This document shows, in pieces, positions 30,599-40,863 of a DNA stretch of 64,000 nt. This DNA is from Candidatus Altimarinota bacterium. GTDB lineage: Bacteria; Patescibacteriota; Gracilibacteria; CAIRYL01. The position numbers and the translations under genes are program-made. Position 1 is the stretch's first letter. Every line of letters begins with the position of its first letter. The stretch covers positions 1,024,001-1,088,000 of the forward strand of contig OZ252287.1 in NCBI GenBank assembly GCA_965250085.1, given 5' to 3'. Under the pieces are notes generated by a model. The model was not told the DNA's origin, searched no databases, and worked only from the letters and a program-made list of their open reading frames with translations.

Positions 30599-31447
30599 AT
30601 GCAAATTCAAAAAGCACTTACATGGGCAAAAAGAAAGCTTGCAGAAGTAGAAACGCCATCTCTTGATGCAGAGATTCTACTCACTCATATTTTGGACTCC
30701 TCTCGAGAATATCTCATCATCCATGCGAATGATGAACTTTCTGATAAGCAACAAGAAGAGTTTCAAAACCTAATACAAAGAAGGAAGGATCATGAGCCAA
30801 TTTCACATATCGTAGGATACAAAGAATTTTTTGATTTCCAATTTTTCATCAATAAGCATGTACTCACTCCTCGTCCAGAAACGGAAATTATGGTAGAAAA
30901 AACACTCGAATTTTTGAAAGACAAAAACGGCTCAACTATAGTTGATATGGGTACTGGAAGTGGGAATATTGCGATCGCACTTGCCAAGTATTTAGGACCT
31001 CAGCATACAATATATGCAATTGAGATTTCTTCTCAAGCACTTGAAGTTGCTCAGAAAAACGCAGTAAGCCTACAGGCTCGTGAGATACATTTCGTCCATT
31101 CCAATCTCTTTCAAAATTTTTCCATTTCCTCAAATCATACTTCCCCCTTGGTCATAGTAGCGAATCTCCCCTATATACCAAAAGGAAACACGTTGATGCC
31201 AGAAGTACAGAAATATGATCCGCATGAAGCACTTTTTGCAGGAGAAGATGGACTTAATATCTATCGTGCATTTTTTGCAGAACTACAGGAACAATTTTCA
31301 AGTCCTAATTTTTGTATTTTTGAATTTCATCCACCTCAACGAAAAATTCTCCAGAAAATGCTGCAAAAAATATTCTCAAGACATACCATAAAATTTCTTC
31401 CAGATTTAAGAAAAAATACACGTTTTTGTATACTACAGAATGTTTGA
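30599..31447 (+). CDS. prmC: Release factor glutamine methyltransferase
   Basis: LDAEILL, EPISHIVG, VLTPRPETE, DMGTGSG, ANLPYI, ALFAGEDGL. Confidence 0.95.
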   Translation: MQIQKALTWAKRKLAEVETPSLDAEILLTHILDSSREYLIIHANDELSDKQQEEFQNLIQRRKDHEPISHIVGYKEFFDFQFFINKHVLTPRPETEIMVEKTLEFLKDKNGSTIVDMGTGSGNIAIALAKYLGPQHTIYAIEISSQALEVAQKNAVSLQAREIHFVHSNLFQNFSISSNHTSPLVIVANLPYIPKGNTLMPEVQKYDPHEALFAGEDGLNIYRAFFAELQEQFSSPNFCIFEFHPPQRKILQKMLQKIFSRHTIKFLPDLRKNTRFCILQNV

Positions 31448-31550
31448 CAAAAACTGAATATATCGCTTAACACAGCCAAAACTATTGAAAAAGAAGGAAA
31501 AATATGAGAGAATGAAAGGAATATCCTTCTCTCTACAAAAATAAATATAT

Positions 31551-32486
31551 ATGAATAGAATTGCCTTCATTCTCTCGCACAAATATACAAAAATTCTCGG
31601 ACTCTTGCTTTTGGGAAGTTTGGCAGCGGGACTTGTGATGCTTATAAGCTCTTCAAATGATCTTTTGGCAGGTATCTTGCCTCCTGATTGGAATACTCCT
31701 TTTGAAAAAGTGAGGGAATTTATTGAAGTTCCGGAGGGGAACGCAGTAGATAAGATCAGAAATTTATTTTGGGATAATATCGTTCCCATCTTTAAGTACG
31801 TTATGGTAGCGGCAGCAATCCTTTTTTACACACTGTACCTCTATCAAATGGTCGTATCATCAGGAGATGAAGAAGGAATCAGTAAATCGTATAAAAATCT
31901 CCTTTGGGGAATACTTGGCTTTGCTGTTATTGCTGTAGCAATTGATGTTGCTGAAGGATTTGACGTGTGGGTCAATGGCGGAGATTTCGTCAATAGAGAT
32001 CGTATTAACGAATCTCAACGGAGACTGGTAAGTTATTTTCAGCTCCTCGCAGGGATCGTGGCGTTTTTCTATATTTTCTTTGCTGGATTTCGAATGATTA
32101 CAGCAGCTGGTGACGAAGAAATCATCACCGCTCAAAAAAACCATATTAAATGGGGTTTTGTAGGATTGATTTTTGTTATGCTTGCAGATCCGGCTATCAA
32201 TCTTATCTTTTATCCCAATGAAGGAACAGATGGGCTTGGTGATCAAGAACTGAGTGTCTTATTTGCTGAAGGCCTTGGAGTGCTCAAATTTTTCCTAACA
32301 TTTACGGGTGTTTTGGCGCTGATTTCACTCGTGGTATCCGCGTTCTTATATGTCACCTCCTTTGGAGATGAGAGTGCTACTGAAAAGGCCAAGAAAAACA
32401 TAATCGGCTCTCTTATTGCTTTGGTTATTATTGTGATGGCCTTTGTCTTAATCGCAGTATTTGTTGGAGAAGGTGGGGGTATATAA
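31551..32486 (+). CDS. Membrane protein with three tandem TrbC/VirB2 pilin-like units
   Basis: Three TM-'SSGDEE/AAGDEE/SFGDES'-K..-TM units. Confidence 0.75.
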   Translation: MNRIAFILSHKYTKILGLLLLGSLAAGLVMLISSSNDLLAGILPPDWNTPFEKVREFIEVPEGNAVDKIRNLFWDNIVPIFKYVMVAAAILFYTLYLYQMVVSSGDEEGISKSYKNLLWGILGFAVIAVAIDVAEGFDVWVNGGDFVNRDRINESQRRLVSYFQLLAGIVAFFYIFFAGFRMITAAGDEEIITAQKNHIKWGFVGLIFVMLADPAINLIFYPNEGTDGLGDQELSVLFAEGLGVLKFFLTFTGVLALISLVVSAFLYVTSFGDESATEKAKKNIIGSLIALVIIVMAFVLIAVFVGEGGGI

Positions 32487-32496
32487 ATATTTCTTT

Positions 32497-33498
32497 ATGA
32501 TATTTTCTTTCCGTGCGTATCGGCTCCCTTTTCTTTTCATGAGCATTGCCATATGTATCTTAATGGTCTCAGGTGTTTTTTCTACCACGGCAAGCGCCGA
32601 AAAGAGCTCAAGGAATAGAATTTTTATAGCACAAAGAGACACGGATATACTGCCAATTGAAGATCCTACAGATTTCAACTCGGAAAATCCTGAATACAAA
32701 GGCGGAACAGGATCAAATGAAGGAAGTGATAAAATAGTGGGAACACTGAAATCTATTATCACTTTTCTCAAGTATCTCATAGGGGTTCTTGCTTTCTCTT
32801 GGTTCATTTGGGCCGGAATTCGCATGATTTCCGCGGGAGATAAAGAAGATCAAGCAAAGGCAGCTCAAAAAGGGGCACTGTACTCAATCGTGGCACTTCT
32901 CTTGGTAGTACTAATAGAACCGCTTATTACGAATACACTTTTTGGAGGTGGAGCATTTGACCCTGGAGCCCAATTGGATCTAAAAAATATTGAAATCGCT
33001 ATTGGAGCTGGTTGGCTCGAAGTTATAGCTGTTGTTGAATGGGTCAAAGCCTTTTCAATTCTTCTAGGATTTGCATATCTTCTCTTTTCCGCGTGGAAAT
33101 TTTTGCAAGACTTGGGAGGAGAAGAGGAAATCTCAAAGCAGCGCATTACTCTTCTCTGGATGGCAGTAGGATTTATTGTGGTTGCTCTTGATAGGATCAT
33201 TATCCAAGAGGTTTTTTATAAAACATTCTTGGGCGTTGATGCACGAGTACTCTTTGAACAAAATGCGGTAAAAGGAATTCAGGAAATTGTAGGAATCTTG
33301 AATTATATGCTTCAGTTTCTGGGAATCATTGCGATTGGCATTATTATCTACGCTGGGTTTCTCATGATTACGAGTTTTGGAAATGAAGAAAATTGGGAAA
33401 AAGGCAAAAAAATTCTAACAGCTTCTGGCATTGGATTTCTTATTATTTTGATGTCATACATTCTCGTCAATAGCGTGCTTACAGGAAGGGTTTTGTAG
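32497..33498 (+). CDS. Membrane protein with three tandem TrbC/VirB2 pilin-like units
   Basis: Units WAGIRMISAGDKEDQAK, SAWKFLQDLGGEEEISK and YAGFLMITSFGNEENWEK, after a signal-like N-terminus. Confidence 0.75.
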   Translation: MIFSFRAYRLPFLFMSIAICILMVSGVFSTTASAEKSSRNRIFIAQRDTDILPIEDPTDFNSENPEYKGGTGSNEGSDKIVGTLKSIITFLKYLIGVLAFSWFIWAGIRMISAGDKEDQAKAAQKGALYSIVALLLVVLIEPLITNTLFGGGAFDPGAQLDLKNIEIAIGAGWLEVIAVVEWVKAFSILLGFAYLLFSAWKFLQDLGGEEEISKQRITLLWMAVGFIVVALDRIIIQEVFYKTFLGVDARVLFEQNAVKGIQEIVGILNYMLQFLGIIAIGIIIYAGFLMITSFGNEENWEKGKKILTASGIGFLIILMSYILVNSVLTGRVL

Positions 33499-33510
33499 TT
33501 TTTTCTCCCT

Positions 33511-34176
33511 ATGCATTCATTTTTTTCAACACAGCGAAAATATTTTTATTTCTTCCTTCTTCTTGGAGGAGTGACAGCCTTTTTCCTTCTTTTTGGGGCC
33601 TACAATACGACCCTTGATGAACTCAATGCAAATCTGACGAATAGTCGCACACTATCATCACAGAATACTCCTCTTGCAAGATTTGTAACATTTCTGAAAC
33701 AGGGAGAATTGGAAAAACTTTCTGCAACAGAATTTTTTCGTTATCAAGGATTTTACGAATTTTTTCAAGATGTACAGCATTGTAGTATTATCACAGAAGT
33801 GACCACACACTCTACCTCAACAGGATTTTGGCTTCACTTTTTTTGTACTTCCTCGGGAAACAGCCTCCATCCATATTTTGGATTTTTTCAGACAGAAGGA
33901 GTAAAAGAGGTCTTATGGGGAAGAACCCCAAGAGGAAAGGTTCTTTCTCAAAAAGGACAGGAAAATAAGAAAATACTTGCTATCGAAAACATCTCATCTG
34001 TTCCTATCGACACAAACAGCATATGGACAAATTCTGAAGGGAATGTGATAGATGTTTCTGCTCAATCAAACAAAGGAGAAGTTCTTAAGGGAGAAGTAGC
34101 GCTCTTTGTAACTGATCGCACAGATGAAATTCTTCTTTTTGAGAGTGAATATGGGTTTTATTTGGATCTTCAATAA
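33511..34176 (+). CDS. Hypothetical membrane-anchored protein
   Basis: 221 aa, N-terminal TM, operon spacing with the pilin-like genes. Confidence 0.65.
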   Translation: MHSFFSTQRKYFYFFLLLGGVTAFFLLFGAYNTTLDELNANLTNSRTLSSQNTPLARFVTFLKQGELEKLSATEFFRYQGFYEFFQDVQHCSIITEVTTHSTSTGFWLHFFCTSSGNSLHPYFGFFQTEGVKEVLWGRTPRGKVLSQKGQENKKILAIENISSVPIDTNSIWTNSEGNVIDVSAQSNKGEVLKGEVALFVTDRTDEILLFESEYGFYLDLQ

Positions 34177-34362
34177 GAAAATGATGAATTGCCGTCACCA
34201 TTCTAAGTTTTTGCAACATTCTTCCCTGTGATACTTCAAGTACTTTGTGAACAAAAGAGGAGAATTTCTTCAAGGACAAATGAATAACTTAATAAGCCGG
34301 TAGCAAGGAATAAGCTTTTCTCCTATACTTTTTTTGTAAAGAGATAATATTGTATTCCTTCC

Positions 34363-34800
34363 ATGTTCACACTTCAGGTCTCATTTCAAACTTCCCACAC
34401 AGATAAGTATCAGTTTCAAGAAAGAGACTTCTTTGAATATCTTAAAAAGACGGAAAAACTCAAACCCTCAAGCATTCCAATCAAAGAGGCAGAAATACAC
34501 CTTATCTTTGTAAATGATGAGTATATTCAATCTCTGAATAAACAATGGAGAAAAAAGAATACACCAACAAATGTGCTTTCTTTTTTTCTCTATAACCCAC
34601 AAATCTCTCCTCTTTTTGGAGAAATATATATATCCTTAGAAACAGCGAAAAGGCAGGCTCAAGAAAGAAAACACACTCTTCAGAAAGAAATGAACAAATT
34701 ATTTGTTCATGGATTGCTCCATCTTCTCGGACTTGATCATAAAAATGATACTGAAGCACAAAAAATGGAAGCTCTAGAAAAACAAATTTTAAAATCATAA
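34363..34800 (+). CDS. ybeY: rRNA maturation endoribonuclease YbeY
   Basis: LNKQWRKKNTPTNVLSF, GEIYIS, HGLLHLLGLDH. Confidence 0.95.
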   Translation: MFTLQVSFQTSHTDKYQFQERDFFEYLKKTEKLKPSSIPIKEAEIHLIFVNDEYIQSLNKQWRKKNTPTNVLSFFLYNPQISPLFGEIYISLETAKRQAQERKHTLQKEMNKLFVHGLLHLLGLDHKNDTEAQKMEALEKQILKS

Positions 34801-35000
34801 TCTGAGCTGTCCAGAAGCTTCTTCATGCTTGAACACAAATTGAAAACGAGTGCTATTAAAGTGATCAAAAAACAAAAAAAAGGTTTGCGCCAAAAAAAGT
34901 TTTTTGCCAGAATCAAGTTTACCTAATGATAGTCACATGATCACAGAGATCAAATGATCCAAGTTTTGTTGGAGAAGCATATTCATTTTTTATATTTTTC

Positions 35001-36227
35001 ATGGCCCGAGACACCGTTATTGCCGCTCTAGACATCGGAAATTCAAAAATACGAACTGTTATTGGAGTACTCTCTTCTGAAAAAAAAGAACCTCATATTA
35101 TTGGTATTGGACTTTCCCCTTCTCAAGGACTGAGAAAAGGCGCGGTGATTGATGTGGAAGAAGTTATTAACAATATTTCTGCATCACTCGAAGACGCAGA
35201 AAGGATGAGTGGCGTTCCTATTCATCATGTTTTTGTAGGAGTAGGAGGTTCTCACATTGAGTCCATCACTTCAAAAGGAGTTATTGCCATTGGAGGAAGA
35301 GAGATTCGAGAAGAAGAGGTAAATAGAGTTCTTGAAGCCGCACAGGCACTATCATTACCTCCAAATAGAAGAATATTGCGCATCATTCCCAAAAGTTTTT
35401 CTGTGGATGATCAAAAAGGAATTAAGAGCCCTCTTGGCATGAGTGGCATTCGACTGGAAGTAGAAGCACATATCATTACCGGTCAAGTACAGATTGTACA
35501 AAACATTGAGAAGTGTATACATCAAGCAGGGGTAGATATAAATGATCTTGTTCCTACTTCTCTTGCTGTGGCAGAAGCGGTCCTTTCTAAAAGACAAAAA
35601 GAACTGGGAGTAGTGGCCATTGATGTTGGATGCGATGCAACCTCCATCGTTGTTTATGAAGAGGGAAGCGTTCTTCATTCAGCGGTTATCCCCGTAGGAG
35701 GCTCATCTGTTACAAACGATATTGCCATCGGACTCAGAACTTCAATTGATACTGCAGAAAAAATTAAAATCGAATATGGCAATACCGACCCAGAAGATAT
35801 TAGTGACCGAGAAACAATCGATCTGGGACTCCTTTCCAAAATTGATAATCAAAAGATTTCTAAAAAGCATCTTGCAGAAATCATTCAAGCCAGATATCAC
35901 GAAATTTTCTTAATGGTAAAAGATGAACTCAGGACCATTGGTCGGGACGGAATGCTTCCTGCCGGAGCTATTTTGACCGGAGCAGCTGTAAAAATGCCAG
36001 GAGTACTTAATCTCTCTCGAGAAATTCTCGGACTCCCTGTCCAAATAGGGTTCCCACAAGAGGTTTCTGGAGTAGTGGATAAAATAGATGATCCCTCATT
36101 TGTAACAGCTATCGGACTCCTCCTTTGGGGAAGCAGATATGAAAGTGCTCGAAACTACACACTCGGTATTAATTTTGGAAAAGTCGGAAGCAATATTAAA
36201 AGCTTTTTTCAAAAACTGCTTCCATAA
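35001..36227 (+). CDS. ftsA: Cell division protein FtsA
   Basis: ALDIGNSKI, GLRKGAVID, PLGMSGIRLE, TNDIAIGL, AEKIKIEYG. Confidence 0.97.
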   Translation: MARDTVIAALDIGNSKIRTVIGVLSSEKKEPHIIGIGLSPSQGLRKGAVIDVEEVINNISASLEDAERMSGVPIHHVFVGVGGSHIESITSKGVIAIGGREIREEEVNRVLEAAQALSLPPNRRILRIIPKSFSVDDQKGIKSPLGMSGIRLEVEAHIITGQVQIVQNIEKCIHQAGVDINDLVPTSLAVAEAVLSKRQKELGVVAIDVGCDATSIVVYEEGSVLHSAVIPVGGSSVTNDIAIGLRTSIDTAEKIKIEYGNTDPEDISDRETIDLGLLSKIDNQKISKKHLAEIIQARYHEIFLMVKDELRTIGRDGMLPAGAILTGAAVKMPGVLNLSREILGLPVQIGFPQEVSGVVDKIDDPSFVTAIGLLLWGSRYESARNYTLGINFGKVGSNIKSFFQKLLP

Positions 36228-36334
36228 ATCATACGATTCAGCACTTCTGTCCATATTACAATCCATAAGCTTCATTTTTTCTTCTGCTACTTTATAAACT
36301 TTTTTTAATTTTTCATTTTCTAACTTCTTTCCCT

Positions 36335-37492
36335 ATGTCTGATTCACATCTTAAATCGCTCTTCGGAAGAAATACGGTTTCTCAAAGCAAGGAGAGTGCG
36401 GAGTTTGCTCCACCGATGTCACCTTCTGCATCCATCAAAGTTATTGGAATTGGCGGTGGCGGTGGCAATGCTGTTAACCGAATGATCAAAACTCAAATTG
36501 ATGGAGTCGAATTCATTACACTCAATACAGATGCTCAGGCACTCTACTATTCGGAAGCTTCAAAGAAGATAAATATTGGAAAAGGTACTACAAAAGGATT
36601 AGGCGCTGGAGCAAACCCAGAGATCGGTAAACGCTCTGCTGAAGAATCCAGTGAAGAAATCAGGGCTGCTCTCGAAGGAGCTGACATGGTCTTTATTACC
36701 TGTGGACTGGGGGGAGGAACGGGGACTGGAGGAGCTCCTATTATTGCAGAAATTGCACGAGAATTGGGAGCACTCACCGTTGGAGTTGTTACACGTCCTT
36801 TTTCTTTTGAAGGTGCGAATCGTCGTAATCAGTCACTCGATGGACTGGAGGAACTCAAAGAAAAGGTGGATACACTGATTACCATCCCGAATGATCGCCT
36901 GCTTTCATTGATCGATAAAAAAATGCCACTCACAGAAGCATTCAGTGTGGTGGATGATGTCCTCAGGCAAGGTATTCAGGGTATTGCGGAACTGATCACG
37001 GTACATGGACTCATTAATGTGGATTTTGCAGATGTACAGACTATTATGAAAGATGCCGGATCCGCTCTTATGGGTATTGGATTTGCAACCGGAGAAAACA
37101 GAGCTGCTGAAGCCGCAAAAGCTGCGATTAATTCTCCACTTCTAGAGATGTCAATAGACGGAGCAAAAGGCATTTTGATTAATATTACCGGAGGAAATGA
37201 TCTTTCGATGTTTGAAGTGGACGAAGCGGCTCGTGTCGTGACAGAAGCAGCAGACCCAGAGGCAAATATTATTTTTGGAGCAGTGGTCAATGATGACTAT
37301 ACTGGCGAAATGAAAATCACGGTTATTGCCACTGGATTTGATGAAGATGCCCAACAATCTTCTGAAGAAATGAATGGAGCATGGGGAGGAAAAGTACAAA
37401 GATTGAATGGGTCATCAGGAAGCTCTTCAACTCCGAAGCAAGAAGAAGATCTTGAAGTGCCAGCGTTTTTACGAAAGAGTCTGAAGAAGTAG
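36335..37492 (+). CDS. ftsZ: Cell division protein FtsZ
   Basis: [25 protein letters not shown]-terminal LEVPAFLR. Confidence 0.99.
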   Translation: MSDSHLKSLFGRNTVSQSKESAEFAPPMSPSASIKVIGIGGGGGNAVNRMIKTQIDGVEFITLNTDAQALYYSEASKKINIGKGTTKGLGAGANPEIGKRSAEESSEEIRAALEGADMVFITCGLGGGTGTGGAPIIAEIARELGALTVGVVTRPFSFEGANRRNQSLDGLEELKEKVDTLITIPNDRLLSLIDKKMPLTEAFSVVDDVLRQGIQGIAELITVHGLINVDFADVQTIMKDAGSALMGIGFATGENRAAEAAKAAINSPLLEMSIDGAKGILINITGGNDLSMFEVDEAARVVTEAADPEANIIFGAVVNDDYTGEMKITVIATGFDEDAQQSSEEMNGAWGGKVQRLNGSSGSSSTPKQEEDLEVPAFLRKSLKK

Positions 37493-37518
37493 AGAGTGAT
37501 ACGTTTATGAAATTAAAA

Positions 37519-37554
37519 AAATGGAGGAGAGAATTCGAATTCTCTCCTCCATTT
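37519..37554. terminator. Perfect 36-bp palindrome after ftsZ (terminator-like)
   Basis: AAATGGAGGAGAGAATTC|GAATTCTCTCCTCCATTT. Confidence 0.65.
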
Positions 37555-37573
37555 CTATATACTTCCAAGTGAC

Positions 37574-38521
37574 ATGAATTTCCAGAACACCCTTTGGCAG
37601 GAAAAAAAATGGGAAACTTTTCAGAAAAAGTGTGAAAATGAAACATTTCGTATAGGAGATACTTTGATAATTGTTCGAAGAACTTTTGGTGGAAGAGTAT
37701 TTTTTGAAATTCCTCGCAAGAATATTGCAAAATGCTCTTCAAATTTTTGGAAGGAACTTGAAGAGGAAGCACAGAAAGAATCAGCTGTCTTTACTCGTGT
37801 ATTTCCGGCAGATAAAATACTTCCCCTTAAGGAGGGGGATAAAAGGGGTTGCAAATCAATAAACCCACCCGACCTCCCTTTCCAAGGGAGGAGAAAAGGG
37901 GTTCCTGAAGTTTTCCCTGAACATACTTTGTTTCTGAATCTCTCTCAACCTTTTCAGGAGCTTCTGAGTGACATGAAGCAAAAGGGGAGATACAACATTC
38001 GCCTCGCAGAGAAAAAAGGTGTTCATGTCTACGAAAGCACCAATATAGATACTTTTTATAATCTTCTGAAACAAACAACTGAGCGAGATGGATTTTCCGC
38101 TCACTCCAAACAGGTGTATCAAACCCTTCTCGAGACCTTTCATCATGATGCACTGCTTCTGGTGGCAGAATATAATAAGGAAGTCATTTCTGCTGGTATT
38201 TTTCTATTTTCAGGAGATACTGCGACATATTATTACGGAGCTTCCAGTAATATACACCGCAATGTTATGGCGCCATACCTCTTGCAATGGAAAGCAATAC
38301 AAGAGGCACAAAAGAGAGGGTGCGGATGGTATGATTTTTTAGGAATTGCGCCAAAAAATAATCCTCAGCATGGACTGGCAGGAGTTTCGAGTTTTAAGGA
38401 AAAATTTGGAGGCATACGCCATGTATATGCTCCAGCGTTTGAAGTGGTGCATGACAAAAAGTGGTATTTTTTTCTGAAAGTGGCGCAAAAGTTAAAAAAA
38501 CTCTTTAGGTCCTCTAAGTAG
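37574..38521 (+). CDS. FemABX-family peptidoglycan bridge aminoacyltransferase with in-frame palindrome insert
   Basis: MKQKGRYNIRLAEKKGV, YYYGASS, MAPYLLQW, YDFLGI, GVSSFKEKFGG. Confidence 0.92.
   Translation: MNFQNTLWQEKKWETFQKKCENETFRIGDTLIIVRRTFGGRVFFEIPRKNIAKCSSNFWKELEEEAQKESAVFTRVFPADKILPLKEGDKRGCKSINPPDLPFQGRRKGVPEVFPEHTLFLNLSQPFQELLSDMKQKGRYNIRLAEKKGVHVYESTNIDTFYNLLKQTTERDGFSAHSKQVYQTLLETFHHDALLLVAEYNKEVISAGIFLFSGDTATYYYGASSNIHRNVMAPYLLQWKAIQEAQKRGCGWYDFLGIAPKNNPQHGLAGVSSFKEKFGGIRHVYAPAFEVVHDKKWYFFLKVAQKLKKLFRSSK
37821..37893. repeat. Back-to-back pair of tail-hairpin elements inside the Fem gene
   Basis: TTCCCCTTAAGGAGGGGGA-TAAAAGGGGTT ... AAACCCACCCGA-CCTCCCTTTCCAAGGGAGG; translated as LPLKEGDKRGCKSINPPDLPFQGRR. 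Confidence 0.75.
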
Positions 38522-38936
38522 CCTGAGGAGGCTCCTCATTCAGAAAATCGTGAATATCATCAATCTCAGACTTGTCACCTTGTTGAGTTATAATCGCCTC
38601 CACTTTTTCATCATATTCTTTCTCCATTTTCTTCATCTCCTCCATAAAATTATTTACAAGTGACACAATTTGAGAAGCTCTTTTTCGAATCTCTGCTTTA
38701 TTTTCTGGTTTTCCTTCTAATGTTCCATCAATTTCTTTCAGTCTTTCTTGCAAAATATCCTGGGCAATATCTTCTAGAACTGTTGTGGTTCTTAAAAACT
38801 CTACGATCGCCTGCAAGAGTTCCTCTGAATATGGTTCTCCTTGTTCAATCTGCTCGATGAGTACCCACTTTTGTGTATCAGAGAGAAGTGGAGAATATTC
38901 TACGCCATTGAGAAGTGCTGTGTATTGCGGATTCAT
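38514..38936 (-). CDS. Hypothetical small helical protein
   Basis: 140 aa, acidic and helical; 17 bp downstream of the 604-aa ORF. Confidence 0.7.
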   Translation of the reverse strand: MNPQYTALLNGVEYSPLLSDTQKWVLIEQIEQGEPYSEELLQAIVEFLRTTTVLEDIAQDILQERLKEIDGTLEGKPENKAEIRKRASQIVSLVNNFMEEMKKMEKEYDEKVEAIITQQGDKSEIDDIHDFLNEEPPQAT

Positions 38937-38953
38937 AAAAAGTAGATAATAGA

Positions 38954-40768
38954 TTATGCGGCTTTAGTCTCTTTTTCTTCACTCTCACTTGACCCGCTCT
39001 TTTCGTGAGACGTTTTTTCCAGAGTAATAGAGTCTTGGTCTACAGCAGAGAGGTACACAGAAGAAGAGCTCTGATGTCCATATCGAAAGAAGGTATGGTT
39101 TTTTAAATCGATTACAAAATGCTTTTTCTTGGAATCCGAAGATTGAAGAGTTACCCATATTTGTCCGTTTTTATCATGTTGTTCGACATCAAAAGAAAGC
39201 TTGTTTCCAGAATCCAATCCAAGTTTTTCTTCTACAAGTTTTTGATATTCTGTAGCGAATGAAAAACTGGCGACTTGTCCTTTTTTCCATCGTCTCCCGT
39301 TGTTTCTGTCTGTAAACGCTTTTGCAACGTCCAGAGCTTCATCTTTATCTGGTGTATGGGCATCATATATTCTTAAATCTTCTTTTATCGCTGCAAGAGA
39401 TATTTGCTTACCTTCAAAAGCAAGAGTGTTGTCTTTCAAATTAATGACCACAGCTCGTGGCATGCTTTCTGTGGTCTTGAGAGTAATCATATCTCTTGAA
39501 ATAGCAGTCACTTTGGAAGTACTTTTTAGAGCTTCTCGAAGTTCTTTTCTAGAATTGCTATCCCCCCAATATTTTATATATTCATTATTGAAGACAACCT
39601 GTATTCGACTATCTACTTGGAGTTCTTTACTTGTAATTTTTTCCCGTAAATATGCGCTCCTACCTTTCGCAGACTGTGTTCCCTCTTCAGCATGCTCAGA
39701 AACTTTTTTCGTATGTCCAATTTCGTCTTTTCGAATGCTCACCTTCCCCACTTCCCATCCAGCCATAGTTCGGAGAGTTCTTGTCCCCAAAGTGCCAAAA
39801 AGGTTTTGCTTGAGAGCCCTTCTGAGCGGACCAATATAGGCGGTCATGCCTTTTTCTCCCATTCTTCGTTCGAGTTCTCTTGGCATGTATCCAGTACGCA
39901 TCATGCTCTGTTTATATTTTTCAAAATCTTCGGCAGATATTTCTGCCTTTTCCCGAAGGGTTGTCTGAAGTTTTTCTAAGTTGTTTGCAGCTTTGTTATT
40001 CGCAAATACTGTATCAGCAGAATCAATCTTTGTATTGAGTCTTCTAATAGATTTGTCCAGTGCCCATATTTGCCTCTTTAAATTTCGTGCACCTTCTTGT
40101 CTCAAAACCACTTCTTGAGTTTTTTCTTTCAGTCTTGAAACACCATTCCAGAGTTTTGCATGTAGAGCCCATCCTGAAGACTTGGTTGTTTCCAAAATAC
40201 TATCAAGAGTTGTCGAAGATTCAGAAGATATGTCTTCAAATCTTCGTCTCATCTGTTGTCCCTCTTCATAAGTATCAGATTGAACACCATGAGTTGCTTC
40301 CAATTCCGTCAGAATTCGAGTTCTTTCATTCGCTAAAGCATCACGAGAAAGAATACGAGTTTGTGCGGAAGAAGAGACTCGCTCGGTAGCAATACCCATA
40401 ATCCTCCTTTGTGTCAGCTCTGTGATTTGTCCAACTCTTCCTTGATACATTTTTCTTTCATGAGCAACTGTATCTTCCATTTCTCGGCGAATACGAGCTG
40501 GAAGAGTTGCATGAGCTCTTCTTCGCACGAGTCGAGAGGGGAGACCGGCAAAAAGTATTCTCCCTGATTCAGTTTCAACAACACTTCGAGCTTTTTCTGC
40601 GAGTTCTCCTAATTGTTCAGTACTTTCTACATGAAGCTTTTTGGCAGGATCAATATCGGGGGTCTCACTCGTTTCTGATGCTTCAGGATCGGAAGATTTT
40701 GCAATGCTTTTTCGCTCTCCATAGAGAGTCTCTGAAAAAAGAAAAAAATCATTTCGTGAAATATCCAT
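38954..40768 (-). CDS. Hypothetical protein (coiled coil plus two similar C-terminal beta modules)
   Basis: 604-aa ORF; ITLKTT..AVVINLKDNTL and VTLQSS..HFVIDLKNHTF are internally similar. Confidence 0.75.
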   Translation of the reverse strand: MDISRNDFFLFSETLYGERKSIAKSSDPEASETSETPDIDPAKKLHVESTEQLGELAEKARSVVETESGRILFAGLPSRLVRRRAHATLPARIRREMEDTVAHERKMYQGRVGQITELTQRRIMGIATERVSSSAQTRILSRDALANERTRILTELEATHGVQSDTYEEGQQMRRRFEDISSESSTTLDSILETTKSSGWALHAKLWNGVSRLKEKTQEVVLRQEGARNLKRQIWALDKSIRRLNTKIDSADTVFANNKAANNLEKLQTTLREKAEISAEDFEKYKQSMMRTGYMPRELERRMGEKGMTAYIGPLRRALKQNLFGTLGTRTLRTMAGWEVGKVSIRKDEIGHTKKVSEHAEEGTQSAKGRSAYLREKITSKELQVDSRIQVVFNNEYIKYWGDSNSRKELREALKSTSKVTAISRDMITLKTTESMPRAVVINLKDNTLAFEGKQISLAAIKEDLRIYDAHTPDKDEALDVAKAFTDRNNGRRWKKGQVASFSFATEYQKLVEEKLGLDSGNKLSFDVEQHDKNGQIWVTLQSSDSKKKHFVIDLKNHTFFRYGHQSSSSVYLSAVDQDSITLEKTSHEKSGSSESEEKETKAA

Positions 40769-40863
40769 TTTTGTATTAATATATCATGTAATTGTACCAA
40801 AATATCAGAAAAATTGCAATTGAATATGCTTTCTGCCACAATGCCCTGGAATATTTTTTCTCT

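Noticed and set aside
37519-37554. Perfect palindrome as a member of the mobile hairpin family
   Set aside because: It lacks the tail and the CCCCTTT/AAAGGGG core; its position after ftsZ fits a terminator.
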